Shown here: one piece after another, positions 11,441-24,159 of the stretch
How the letters are laid out: each line of letters opens with the position of its first letter
How positions within the stretch are numbered: the first letter of the stretch is position 1
Assembly (NCBI RefSeq): GCF_004010195.1
Contig: NC_057720.1
Location: forward strand, 31,146,150 to 31,210,149
Length of the DNA: 64,000 nt
Reading direction: 5' to 3'
DNA from: Chiloscyllium plagiosum
Lineage: Eukaryota
The notes under the pieces: model-generated
The model's database searches: none
What the model was told of the DNA's origin: nothing
The model's input: only the letters and a program-made list of their open reading frames with translations
Made by a program: the position numbers and the translations under genes

Positions 11441-13089
11441 ATAGGCAACATGTACATTTTAGAAAGTGATCCAGTGAAACCAAGTGTTCCTTTCACAAGG
11501 TAAGAAGAAAGGCAACTTTTTAAAAAATTATTAACCACTCCAAAGTGCTAGATGACAAATATCACATTTATACTAGGGAGAACAGAACATACTAGGAAGC
11601 TGTTGAAAACTCAGCCCTGCCCGGAATGTCTTAACATACATGTCTAGTGCATATTTAGTATGAGGGAATCATTCTCGTTCGTATGGTAGCAGCTGTGCAG
11701 CTTGTGAAGAAATTGACATACTATTCCATTGAGGTGTACTAGCTGTGAGTGGTCTTTTAGCTGAAAGCACTGAATTGTGGAACATCCCATATTTGTTTTC
11801 CATGAGATGCATTAATTATGCAAACGTTGGACAAAAAGTATGAATAAAGCAATAAAACTAAATAACTGAGTAGATCATTCAGCAAAAATAATGCACACAA
11901 TAACGAGGCTGAGTGCCGACCAACGTGGTAACAAATATGTAGGGACATGCAGAATTAGAAGCCATTTCATTTTTCTGCTTAATCCAGGACCCAAAAAGTA
12001 GCAAAATCAGTTCCATGTAAATACTTTTAGGTAGAAATAAAATACAATGCTTCTAATCAGGAAATGTGTTTAATTAGTGACATAACTTCACACGTAAAAA
12101 CTATTCTGGCAGAAATAAACAATGTTTAGGAGTAAGAGTAATGCTGAATACTTCTCTGGAATATCTTAACATATTTATTGGTGACTATTTTATATTTATG
12201 GCTTCCATTTCTGATCTCACAAGATGGAAGTATCTTCTGTGCATCTACATTATAAAAATGCTTGTAAAAGCTTACTCTAAAATCATAATTCTTAAGAATG
12301 AACATGTCAAATGGACAAGTTTATGCATGGGTCATCAGAGACAGTATCAGGCAGGTCAGTAGGCAGACAAGAATCAAACTTCATACATTCCCTTAGCCAT
12401 ATAGTAGAGCGGAGCTGGAGAACCAAATGGTCATGATAACAATGTTCTTTGTATGAATGTTTTAACCAGTAGCAGATTACCAGAGCAAAAACAATGGCAA
12501 AAAAAAAACAAGCTGCACAGACAATAATACATGTAAAAAAAACCCTTAAACTGAAGGGGTTCAAAAATCAGACACTTTTGTTTTCAAAAATTACCCCTCA
12601 TTCTTTTTAAATCTTTTCTCCTCTTACCTTAAGAATATGTCCCCTAGTTTCGAACTCCCCCACCTTAAAAATAAGCACTTTGCTATCCACCTTATCTATG
12701 CCCCTCATGATTTTATAAACCTCTTTAAGGTGACCCCTCAACTATCTATGCTCTGGTGTAAGAAGTCCCAGCAAATCCAGTGTATTTTTATAACTCAAAC
12801 TCTCCATTCCTGGCAACAAGCTGCTAAAATCTTTTCTGAACACTCTTCAATTTAATAATATGCTTGAACAATATCCTTCCTATAGCAGGGCAACCAGAAC
12901 TGCACACGGTACTCCAGAAGAGGTCTCACCAACATTCTGTACAACCGCAACATGACTTCTCAACTCCTATACTCAAAGATTAGAGTAATGAAGGCAAGCG
13001 TGTTAAGTGCCTTCTTAACCTGTGACACAAATTTCAAAGAATTGTCTCTGAACCCCTAGGTCTCTCTGTTCTACAACACTACCAAGCAT

Positions 13090-13149
13090 TTAGAGTTTAG
13101 AATTTATTGTCATGTGTATTTTTACAATAAATATACAGTGAAAAGTGTC
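13090..13149 (-). mobile_element. Short 3' tail of another LINE nested in CR1
   Basis: tttattgtcatgtgta..tacagtgaaaag; the same motif occurs at about 17008-17050 (ctttattgtcacatgtactc..tacagtgaaaaa). Confidence 0.5.
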
Positions 13150-13800
13150 CTACCATTAATTGTATCAGTCCTGCTCGTGTTTGTTTTCCAAAATGCAATA
13201 ACTCGTATTTATCCAAATTTAATCCCGTTGCCCATTGACCCAAATGATCAAGATCCTTTTGTAAAATAGGTAACCGTTTTTCACTATCCACTTTTGGTAT
13301 TTGAAGCTGAGAAAAAAATGGAAAAATCTGGGAGGTGGTCTTTATTGTCTCTGTAGGCAAAACCAGGCACTAGAATTCTAAAAATATTGGTGTCATCTGC
13401 AAATTTACTAACCATGCCTCCTATATTCTCATCCAAAGCATTTATATAAACGACAGACAAAAGTACCGATTTTTTTTGGAACACCACTGGTCACAGGCCT
13501 CCAGTCCGAAAAGCAACTCTCCTTCGCCACCCTCTGTTTCCTACCTTAAAGCTAATTTTGTATCCAATTGTCAAGCTTACCCTGAAATCTATGTGATCTA
13601 ACTTTACTAATCAGTCTACCATGTGGAACCTTATCAAAGGCTTTACTAAAGTCCAAGTAAACAACATCTATCACTCTTTCCTCATCGAAGGCCTCCTTTT
13701 TGGTCACTTCCTCAAAAAGCTCAAGTTTGTGAGACATAATTTTCCTTGCATTAAACTTTCTGACTATCCCTAATCATTCCTTGCCCTCTCCAAATGCATG

Positions 13801-14027
13801 AGGAGAAAGTGAGGACTGCAGATGCTGGAGATCAGAGCTGAAAATGTGTTGCTGGAAAAGCGCAGCAGGTCAGGCAGCATCCAAGGAGCAGGAGAATCGA
13901 CGTTTCGGGCATGAGCCCTTCTTCAGGAATCCTGATTCCTGAAGAAGGGCTCATGCCCAAAACGTGGATTCTCCTGCTCCTTGGATGCTGCCTGACCTGC
14001 TGCGCTTTTCCAGCAACACATTTTCAG
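13801..14027. mobile_element. Fold-back Penelope-like insertion with 15-bp TSD
   Basis: Arms about 13834-13931 and 13934-14031 are reverse complements with 2 mismatches seen; TSD ctctccaaatgcatg at 13786-13800 and 14028-14042. Confidence 0.92.
13895..13930 (-). ncRNA. Minimal type I hammerhead ribozyme motif
   Basis: Minus strand AUUC-CUGAAGA-A-GGGC-UCAU-GCCC-GAAA-C-GUC-GAUU: full core, 4-bp stem II, palindromic ACGU stem III, very short stem I. Confidence 0.75.
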
Positions 14028-14539
14028 CTCTCCAAATGCATGTAAATCCTATTTTTCAGAATCACCTTCAACAACTTACACACCATCAGTGTTAGACTCA
14101 CAAGTACCTGTCATTCATTAAAAAGAGGTAAAAAACAGCACAAAACAAGAAAAATCAAAGAAATAGCTGTTCCACTTCAAGATCACATAAATTATCTAAG
14201 TTCACACGATTTGTGAGATGGCTATAGTGATTCATTTAAGGACATTGGTTAGGTTACTCTATCAATGGTGTCTGAAAATTGTATGGGGAATCTCAGAAAT
14301 TCTTAGTGAATAACAAAGGACCTTGCTTTGCTACATTAATGAGGGAAGTACCTGAAACATGCTCTCTGCCTGTTCATTTTTACGAGTTTAGGAAATAGAG
14401 GTATATTGAATGAAAGAATGAATAGGTAGGGGTTAAGTGTTGATTTTTTTTAGAATTCTAGTGCCTGGTTTTGCCTACAGAGACAATAAAGACTACCTCC
14501 CGGATTTTTCCATTCTTTTCTCAGCTTCAAACACAAACT

Positions 14540-14690
14540 CTACTCTGAGCAAAATTATCGTCTATAATTAATCAGTAGTTTAAAGATCACGACAGAAAGG
14601 AAGAGCATTAGGAGCAATTACAAGGCAAATATTTTATCAATTAGCTTTGGTGCAGCTATCATGATTTGTAAATATCATCTGAACTCACAC
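14540..14690. promoter_or_regulatory. Candidate conserved non-coding element
   Basis: Unique sequence dense in homeodomain-type motifs (ataattaatcag, gcattagg, caattac, tatcaattagc). Confidence 0.3.
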
Positions 14691-15845
14691 AATATTATTA
14701 CCTTTGAAAATATATCCTGATAATCAATTTTAATATGTTTACTTTTATATTTTTGAACTGTGGATATTTCTGCTTTTGTTCTAGCAGTGATCCATCTATG
14801 CGTATATCCAAAGTCAGCTACTCCTAAATTCTTGTGTTTAAATAAGGGGATTAATTATCTGCATATGTTTGCTTTAAATTTCATAGAAACAGTTACTGCT
14901 GATATAGTCAGCCAATAAATATTGTGCATTTATTTATTGACATTGAGTCTATAGGTTAGCTATCTGTTTACATTCTTGCCTCCCCGTTCCATCGCGCATG
15001 GATTGCCACACCTGTGAAAACATTCTGGGAATTAAATCCAACTGGGAAATAAATCATATAGACATGGACCAACTGCCTGTTGTACGCCCAGACGCTCCTT
15101 CCATTGATTCAAAAGGAATCAATGATATATTCTATAAGTGTATGACTAGCAACTGACTAGCAACATGATTTGCCTCAATTGTCTCAATTGATGATTTGCT
15201 TGTCTCAAGTGACAATGAATTTTGTCCCTAAAGTAGGTAGAGGAACATTATCAGTTATTACAAAATAAAGAGGGACCTAAGTTTCAAACATCACTTCACA
15301 ATGATGATGAATGTTAATAAATATTTTGAATTAATTGAAAAGGATGTGTAATTTTTTTATGTAAGACACTTATAAGACAACTCTTTTTTAACATTTCAAA
15401 TGAAATATATTTCTTAAACAAAATTTTCATTTTAAGTTAGTTATTGGTTGCCGGGGTCAAAACATGAGGAATGTTAATATAAAATAGTTCAGTACGGCAG
15501 CATTTTATTGTTCAAATACTGGAATTTGTGTGTATTAAATCAGCAACTATGTTAAGTAGAAATGATTTTGTCTTTAAATGGGTGAAGTTTCATGGATTGG
15601 TTATAAATTTCACTGATAACAGTACCTAAATGAGGTATGACAATACAACCCATTTGTTAGAAATTATTTTCATCCCTATTTTAGTGGACTAGTTCATTCA
15701 AGTAAAATTAATTAATGGGCTGTATTTCAATCCTGTAACGGTGGCAGGTTTAAAAGAAGTCTGGTGGCCATTTTGAGTTCCCAAGTATTGTGTCATTGGG
15801 TATCCATTATGGCCAATTACAAAATGTCTGGACTTTTCCAGAAGG

Positions 15846-15956
15846 CAGAGTCGAGAGTGTGGTGCGGGAAAAGCATAGCAGGTCAAGCAGCATCAGAGGA
15901 GCAGGAGGATACACTCTCAACTGTAATCGCCAGCATTTGCAGACCTCACTTTCGCT
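15846..15956. mobile_element. Internally deleted fold-back Penelope-like insertion
   Basis: agagtcgagagtgtggtgcgggaaaagcatagcaggtc... joined to inverted acactctcaactgtaatcgccagcatttgcag; near-TSD ttttccagaagg (15834-15845) / ttttcccgaagg (15957-15968). Confidence 0.75.
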
Positions 15957-16499
15957 TTTTCCCGAAGGTATACAGGCCCTGCTGAGGCAGACTGAAGGAG
16001 GCAATTTCCCTGTGACAAATCGGGGGAATCATTGAGGCCTCCTTTCACATCCCCTTCCTTGACATTGGTAGGTACCAGAAAGCCAGAATATTGTAGTTGG
16101 CCACCATCCTGTGAATGGATTCCACTTGATGATGTTAGCTTCTCTTGATGTGGCAGCCTTGATTACACTTCCATTTTCAACTTTTCAACTTTCTAAAGTC
16201 TTCAGACCTTGCTGTCTCCTCCTTCAGTGACAACACACACCTTTCCCAGTGAGGCTACCACACACCTAAATCTTTCATTGGCTAGCCCACCATCCTTAAT
16301 TCTACAGGGCTCCCAAAGTGTGCTTCTTCACTGGCTTTCAACTCAAAATCTTCTTAGAGGGTCCCAACACAGAAACTCCTGGTTGTCACCAAAATTCAGC
16401 GTGCCATTGGGTTGGAGGCTTTGGAGCTAAAATCCAACTCAATGTTTCTGTTCATATAGTGTAATGAGGAATTCCAGCCAAACACATCAACTATTCAGT

Positions 16500-17670
16500 A
16501 GTCCAATGAAGAGTGCAGGAGGGCATGTCAGGACCAGGCACATTTTGTAAAATGAGGTATCAACCTAGTGAAAGCTACAGCACAGGACTACTTGCATGCC
16601 AAATAGGAGAAACAACATGCAATAGCTGGGCCTAAACAATCCAACATCCATGGACCAGATCTAAGATTTGTAGTCCTGCCAACCCAGTCATGAATAGCAG
16701 TGGACAGTTAAACAACTAACAGGGGCTGGAGGTTCCACAAATATTCCCATCCTCATCAGTCAGATAGCCAAGCATGTCAAGGATGAAGTATTTGCATCCA
16801 TTTTCGGTCAGATGTGGTGAATAGATGACCCATTTTGACCTTATCCTGGGGCACCAACTCAGTTCACTCCATGTGTTATCAAAAAAGACACTGAAAACTG
16901 CAAAAGCAGTGGACCCTGACATTCTGGCAATAGCACTGATGGAATACTCCCCACTTGCCTGGATGAGTGCAGCTCATCAACCGCTTGTTTGAATTGAATT
17001 GAATTAGCTTTATTGTCACATGTACTCAAATGAGTACAGTGAAAAACTTATGTGTCCACCTTTAGTGCCACCTTAGGTGCAAGGTACCTGAATACAGATT
17101 CTTCAGTACAAGTTCTTAGGGAAAACAAAATTTGAAAAATAAAGAAATAAAATGTCCAACATTACAGATCATAGGAATAAATTAGAAAATAGTGAAATAA
17201 AAAGTTCAGAACAACAGTCCTTTCAACCTAGATTACACTGGCACCTAGCCTCTAGTCCGCATTACTCACCATATCTAACATTCACTCCCTTCACCACTGA
17301 CAGTGGCAGTACTGCATAGCATCTATCAGAAGCATTATAGTGACTCACCAAAGTTCCATAGATGACAAATTCCAAATTCTCAACCTCTACCATTTATAAA
17401 GACACAGGCAGCAGATACATGCGAACATCACAATTAGGAAGTTTCTTGCCAAGCCACACATCATCCTATGAACTCTATTGCCATTCCTAAACTGTCACTG
17501 GGTTAATATCATGTAACGCCCTTCCTAACAGCACTGTGTGTGTCACTGTATCCCAAGGACGACAGCAAACAAGCCAACTCACCACTACCTTCTCCAGGGT
17601 AATTATAAACAGGCAATAAATGCCGTCCTAGCCAACAACACCTAATTCCCATGAACAAATAAAAAAAATC
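16500..17670 (+). mobile_element. CR1/L2-group LINE ('family B'), rearranged, with another LINE tail nested at about 16990-17265
   Basis: ggaatactccccacttgcctggatgagtgcagctc...caccactaccttctccagggtaatt..ggcaataaatgcc tail, shared with copies at 24160, 32560, 42645, 59240 and 63115. Confidence 0.75.
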
Positions 17671-18834
17671 ATCTGGTAGTATCCCACAGTGTAATTTAGA
17701 GTTTTTGGAGAATGTTCAGTTGATTTTTGATGAGCGCAACTTACTTTTGGCCAACATTGCTGTGATTTTTTTTTAAGGCTACTGATGATTTATATCATTT
17801 CTTGCTCTTTGTTACAATATTTTTGATGGCACTTATTGTTTTTTCATATGTTTCATTTGCTTCTGGTGATTTGCTGCTTTACATTTGTGAGTCAAAGCTT
17901 TTAAAAAGAAAATTTGCATGAAACCAATTTTAAGGAGGGGGTAACCCTCTTTATCTGATTAGAATTGCAGATAAAGATGTGCTTCATTAGAAAGGTACCT
18001 ATGGATGAAGATTCCTAACAGTGAGACTCCTTCTTGTAAAGAAATTCCTTTTTTAAAAATTCTCCCTTTAAAAGGATTCATGATGCCAGAACTCTGTATT
18101 TAATATGCCCACTGAGAGATTTATAGACATTTGGCCAGAAACAACCCCCTATAAATACAACTTCACAGCACATTAGTGATTCCATATCCACAATAACAGC
18201 TGAAATGAAGAGGGCCTGAAAAGGGGCAAAACAGATTTTAAAAGAGCAGGATCTTTGTGGGAAAGCTGGATTGCATTAAAGTAGAAACTGTTTGATCAGA
18301 GTGTGCGATAGTTTTTGAACACAACCTCTGTGTCTGCCATATCACTATCAAACAGTATGTTACTCTTATTCCCAGACTTTTGATGAGAAAAGTGAATTCT
18401 CTGACTCACTGAAGCATATCAACCACCTCCCAATAAACAGGAAAGCTTGTATATTTCAGAAAATACTGACAAGACAATATTTCAAATATTAACATTTCCC
18501 TTTTCTGGCACTAGCCCTTTTCAATAATGTTTTATTTACTGTTGAAATCATGCTTTAAATGTTTTTTTTTTACTTTGTGAGATCCTGATCCTATTGACGA
18601 CCCTCATTTATTAACATTGTACCAATTAATGAGCTCTACTTATTTTAGCAGAGAAAGAGGCTTCGTTAATCATTATTTCGAAGGGAGAGATGGGGAAGGT
18701 ATTTCCTCTCTCCTGTCCATTGTTTTGGGTCTCTTGAGACTTAGTCACAAGCTATCTGATTTCCAAATCACTGCCAATAGTGCATTGATCTTCCTGTTCA
18801 GAGATGCCTGATGTCTGACTATTTTTGTTCTTAG

Positions 18835-19170
18835 TTTCAGGGTGTGGCTTCCACTGGCAAGGATGGCATGTATTGCTCACCCCTAGTTGCCTTTGTTTGA
18901 AACAACTGAGTAGGTTAGGCAAGTTCAGAGTTAAATTAATTAATATGGGATGGGGGCTATATATAGACTTGACTGGATAAGGATAGCAGGACTGTTTCCT
19001 TTTCGAGATTTGGGGTAGTACTACAATTCTGAATTTTGTGTTACTTGTCCTTCTGAGATTTTTAAAAACTGAATTTAAGTTCTTAAAGCGCCCGGATTGA
19101 AATACATGTGTCATCAAATCCACACTTCTGGATTGCTATACGAGCAACATTAACAGTACATTGGTATACT
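18835..19170 (-). mobile_element. Decayed SINE sharing the family-B LINE tail
   Basis: gtggcttccactggcaagg..attgctcacccctagttgcc..aactgagt; reverse complement resembles the SINE at 60720. Confidence 0.6.
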
Positions 19171-19589
19171 GCAGTTATTTACATTGGACAACATATATTT
19201 TACTGATAAGGGAAACATGTAGGTCGCATTAATACAAAGTCGGTAACATCATTTTCATCTGACTGGTGGCAAAACTGGGCAAAGAACTGTTCAGTCTATG
19301 TTCTCATAGCCGACATTTTGCGTCCCTGGAAACTATATTTAATTCAGAATTTCTGTGACATCAAATGTGTTCACCAAGGCATTGATGAATGAAAAACCAA
19401 ACAAAGAATCTGACAGCTGTACACAACTAGCTTCCTGTGATTTGTCAACAATGTGTAAATTCAAAGAAATTTCTTTTAACAAAGCTTAACAATATATTTA
19501 TCGAGTTATTCCAAGTTTCTGAAAATTAATATCCCAAAAATTGTTGATTAACTGAAGAAATAGGTAAAAGGGGTGAGTTGAGAAAGTTG

Positions 19590-19692
19590 CACCTTCCCGG
19601 TAACCTCAGCTGGTACAGGAATTGAACCATGCTGTTGGTGTCACTCTGCATAGCAAACCAGTTATCCAGCTAGCAGAACTAATCAACCCCTA
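19590..19692 (-). mobile_element. tRNA-derived SINE head (same family as 34095)
   Basis: Minus strand tagttctgctagctggataactgg..ggttcaattcctgtaccagctgagg with A- and B-box-like motifs. Confidence 0.6.
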
Positions 19693-19937
19693 ACAAAAGC
19701 AATATTCTCCTCCTGAATCCAGGTAATGGGTTTCAACAAATGCTTAGTTTCATTTTGGTACCTCATGCTTTGGCATAGATTGTCGCCATGGTGGATATCC
19801 CAACAACAAATGGTCCTGGTTAAGTTGGGATGTGATGACATCCATACTGAAAAAGTGATGATCGAGACATTGCAATGATAGGTGCATCAAGTGAGCATCT
19901 ATCAGATGCATATAACTAACACAGTCAGCAAGATACT

Positions 19938-20148
19938 AACAAGAGGAAAATACAGCAGATACTGGAAATCTGAAATAAAACCAAACATGCTGGAAATGCT
20001 CCCAAGGACTAGCATCATCACTGATGAGAGAAACAGGGTTAACTATTATGGTTGTTGATTTTTTTTTTATCAGCATGCTAAAACATTTCTCTTTCCATTG
20101 ATACAGTCTGACCTGATAAGTATTTTCAGTCATTACTGTTTTCATTTC
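19938..20148. mobile_element. Old fold-back Penelope-like insertion
   Basis: tacagcagatactggaaatctgaaataaaacc..atgctggaaatgctc is mirrored by tgacctgataagtattttcagtcattactgttttcatttca. Confidence 0.55.
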
Positions 20149-21915
20149 ATGTGACTTATAAATAAAGTCATTCAAAAGACCAAAATCAGTCACCATCAAA
20201 TTTGTATGCATAGGGTCACATCTTCTGGCCCTGAAAAAAACCCACCCTGTGCACTCTGTTGGCTCACAAACTGTACATCCATTCCATGTGCGACTTTACG
20301 TTGTACTTTTTTGACTTTTTGTACTGGGGATTGGTTTGCAAGTCATAAACCCGTGTGAGGGCTGTGAGTGCAAGGTTATTCAATTTATTCCCCTCAGCTT
20401 TCCCACATAGCACCCTGTTCCAAACAATATTTAAAGTTCAGCCCTCTGCTTCCTCACCCATTATCATACAACTCCTTTGTCACCTCATGCCAACTCTCTC
20501 ACCCCAATATATTCTCCATGTTCCTTCAGAAAGCCATGCCATCCATTTTACCTCTATGGTCTCATGTATCCTCCATCGCCATCCACACAGTATCTACAGA
20601 CCTCAGATTCCATGTAATATCAGTAAAAATATTTTACATTCCTTAGGGAAGAAATAAGCTTCTCACCATCTAATAAAACCCCCCATATCAATCATTCTAC
20701 TGGAAAAAATGCATTCTGGTATGTGAAACATTTTGCAATAGTTGTAATCCTGTTAGCTTGTGAAAACAAATCAGAAACCATATTAAAGCACAATCTGTTA
20801 ATACAGCTTCTTGAAACTGTCATTCATTCTCCAAACATTGGATCACCTACTGTGCTCAAACCCATTAGAACTTAAAGTTCAGTCAAGCATTGATAATGAC
20901 CACAGCTGTCCAAACAACAGGCTTCTCTCTGAGAAGGAAGGAACATCAGGTGTTCTTTCCAATTTGAAAGCCAAATGTCTGTCAATAACATAGAGAACAG
21001 ATAATTAGGGTTTTCTTTCATATGTATATTTTTAACTTGCAAAACCAGTTTTGCTTTCAGCCAGAGCCATTTAAATCACTGAAGGCAGCACAGATTAATA
21101 GGATATTTTTAAATATTTTCCACTGCATTTATCCTTTGGAAAAGTATATTAATAGGATTTTCAAGTATACAAGGCTGGTCAATGTAATGGTCAGCATAAC
21201 ATCTGGTAGGAACAGAAAGATATGAAGGTGTTTCAATATGTCTCAAATTCCATGGCAGGTGTTTCATTTCCTTTCCAAGTCTAGGATGCTCTTAATGGGC
21301 TTCCAAACTCTTACACCACCAGATGAAAATTGTACGCAGGAGGAAATCCAGTTCTCGTTGCTCATTTTAAATGGAGAACTTGACCTCAGTAGACATGGGT
21401 GTGCATTTTGTGTACTTAGCATTCCTGACACTTGAAAAGGCCAGAGGAAAACGGTGCAGGTTTGGGAGTGCAGAGAAAGTCAGATTTATTATAAAAATAA
21501 CTGAATGTGGCCATTAGTGCAGTAGCATGAACTTCTAACCCCTGATAAAACCTCTTTTATAATTTCATGTAGATAGGATGAATGAGGGGTATGTGGCACT
21601 GACAATGAGGAAAGGCTGAAGAGGTGAAGCATCTTCTCAAAATAAGACCAGCTCTCTCATCACTAGGATCATTCTTGCCAAAGCTTTGAGTTATACATTG
21701 CTTACTTCGAAAATCACTTCGTCCCACATTGACAGCATTAATACCCATTCTAATGTGGAAAGTGAGCTGACAGCACCTTATTATACACAATGAGGGGTGT
21801 TGTCTCCTTCATGGTCTGGTGAGAACTATGGTATGTATTGTGACAAAATAGGATGAGAATTAAAAGAAAATCGGAGGGTGGAAACTTCCTATTCTCTTAA
21901 CAACTTGGGCTATGT

Positions 21916-22346
21916 CATTGCTAAGAGAAGACTGAAAGTGGAAGCTTTTCTTCTGGTGCTCATCTGAACTGGGACACAAGAAACTGACTAAAGGAAAAAG
22001 ACACCATTTTGTAATGTGGAAAGAGGGTGCTGATTAGCTCGGCCATAATTGGCCTGGAGATGCAGTAAGAACTGAGAACCATTAATCATAATTCTCAGAC
22101 CAAGCCAGAGACTTTGATTGGTTAGGGCATTGCCATCTGGATGCAGCAAAGTTTGAGCGTCTCCATGACAACTTTTATGAGAACATGTGCAACAATCTCC
22201 ATGCTAATTATGGTCTAGTCAAACAGAACCCTCTTCTCATTCTGCATAAAATCGTGTTTTGTTTCTATTTCAAGCCTATTTCTTGTGTGCCAGCTCTGAT
22301 GAGTGTAAGATGAAAATCTTCAACTTCTAGTCTCCTTTTAGCAATG
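21916..22346. mobile_element. Second Penelope-like family: about 68-bp inverted termini, each with a decayed hammerhead core
   Basis: 21916-21983 and 22279-22346 are diverged reverse complements; plus core ctgatgagtgtaagatgaaaatcttc (22296-22321), minus core cagatgagcaccagaagaaaagcttc. Confidence 0.65.
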
Positions 22347-22559
22347 TTTAAGTTCTGTGCTACCACACATTAAGGTTGAGATTTGAGTTAGGGTGAAAAA
22401 TTTGGAAACATCAGGTGAGATGTCAAATGAGGACTTTCTCAATGTGAAGAATAAAAGCTGCATTTTCATAGCAAGATTCTCCATAGTAAGAAGACTACTT
22501 GTATGGAATATTACACATTATCACTTTTATTATTACCTAATTAATATGCAGTTTCCCAT

Positions 22560-24130
22560 CCTGGGGATTCCTGTCCTGAAAGTCAGAGCGGGTATCTGGT
22601 CAGTCCAGCATGCTACCTTCTCTTCTGCACCTTTATCTTGGACATCTGGCTCTAACATTTCAGGGTAGACCCCAGGGGCAGTGGTCACATGCACCCCCAT
22701 GTCCATGAGAATTGCCGTCGAACACATACAAGTCCCAACACATCATTATGGCACATCTCAGAATCACTTTAGTACACATCTGCACTTCAACGTTGGACCA
22801 CACCAGCAGGTCTCATTGCAATGACGTTGCAAGGATACTTTGTGAACTGGGATAGGCATTCAGCTCATGGATTAAACTAGGCTGCATCTCAGGGCTGTTT
22901 TCCCACCTCTTAGCACTTACTGGATATCTGTCTATGTGGATGCTCACAGTGCCTTGCTTTGCCCTGCTTTGCCTTTTGGCAATTTGCTCCCTTAGCCACA
23001 CCTTAAAGGCACCCTTTAGCACAGACACAAATTCAGGCAGCTTGTCTTTTCTCAGCAGTCATCACTCAATGGGGTAGATGGGTTGCTTTTTGCCACATCA
23101 ATGTTACACGTACACTATGTGCCATCTATGTACATTCCAAAGATACTGCATGTGTTTCAACAAGGCAGTCATGTCTTCATGTCGAAGGGGAGTAGTCCTC
23201 AGTGAAGTCCAGGTAGACACCATATATGCAGGATCTCCCAGCATGGTTAGTAAAGGGCAGCCTCCAATATTGGTCCAGGGGATTGGATACAGTCAGTTGA
23301 GCACATGAAGTGGTTAAGGTCAGGGAATCTGTACCTGTACAGGCTGGGGAATGAGCTGCAGTGAGCCCTGTGAGTCCAGTGCAACAAGTCTGAGGAGTTC
23401 CACAAAGATAGTTGGGGAGCCACATAGATACAAAAACTTCATCCACAGAACCCCCATTAGAAAACCACCAGGCTGACACTGTCATGCCAACTCAGGCACC
23501 ACGTCAGCCGTACAACAGTCTACTTTGGAGCTGACAGACACCTATAATTTGCATGTTTCTGCCAGGTGTCTTTGCGGACAGGGACAACTATGCATCTCAT
23601 GCATTTACACAGGATGCTTTTGCTCAAACATTAATACACTCATCTTATGGGGCTGCGCTTTCATTCCTAGTGCTCATGAATTTCATGTTGATTTGCAGGC
23701 CGCCAGGCTTTGTGAGATGTATGGAGAGTGACAAAGTTGGAGTGAGTGCTAGCCTTTGTGTGTTAAGTGGCAGAGAGGAGATAATGATACTTATCCATTC
23801 AGTGCACAGAAGATCATTTACTTCTTGCTGCACTGCTGGGCTTTCCGTTTCACTCAAGTTATAGCACTGACATGTACTGCAGTCACTACTCAGTACAGGC
23901 TGCATCTATTTGCATTGTCTCCTTTAGTGGCAGACGGAGAAAACAGCTGTCCTTCTCAACACTGCTCCAACAAGTAGCAGCTGCACATCTCTGTCCTGGA
24001 GGTGGGGAGGTTAGCTTGTTCTTCCTCCGAGACATTTTCAGGATTGAGCACCACAGTTTTGAGGGTTTGCATTTGCAGTGTCTGAAGTGGGCTTTAAATA
24101 ACAGAGAAGCCAGTGTCGAACAATTCTGCC
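22560..24130 (-). mobile_element. Decayed Harbinger-type DNA transposon (Myb/SANT ORF remnant)
   Basis: Minus strand at about 23810-24000 reads QDRDVQLLL..GAVLRRT..VSAIT*VKRKAQQCSKK-NDL, a frameshifted Myb-like trihelix motif; the region is GC-elevated. Confidence 0.5.
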
Positions 24131-24159
24131 TTGCTCATTACATGATTCCCTGAGAACTA

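Larger units (their letters stand above)
12590..14105 (-). mobile_element. CR1 LINE ORF2 (reverse transcriptase) remnant with three nested insertions
   Basis: ORF 13552-13737 FEEVTKK..DVVYLDFSKAFDKVPHGRLISKVRSH; ORF 13284-13487 YINALDENIGGMVSKFADDT; ORF 13097-13360 LQKDLDHLGQWA..LHFGK. Confidence 0.95.

Noticed and set aside
13801..14027. pre-miRNA or MITE interpretation of the hairpin
   Set aside because: The arms are copies of a dispersed Penelope-type repeat, the ends are asymmetric and the TSD is long; not a miRNA or DNA-transposon signature.
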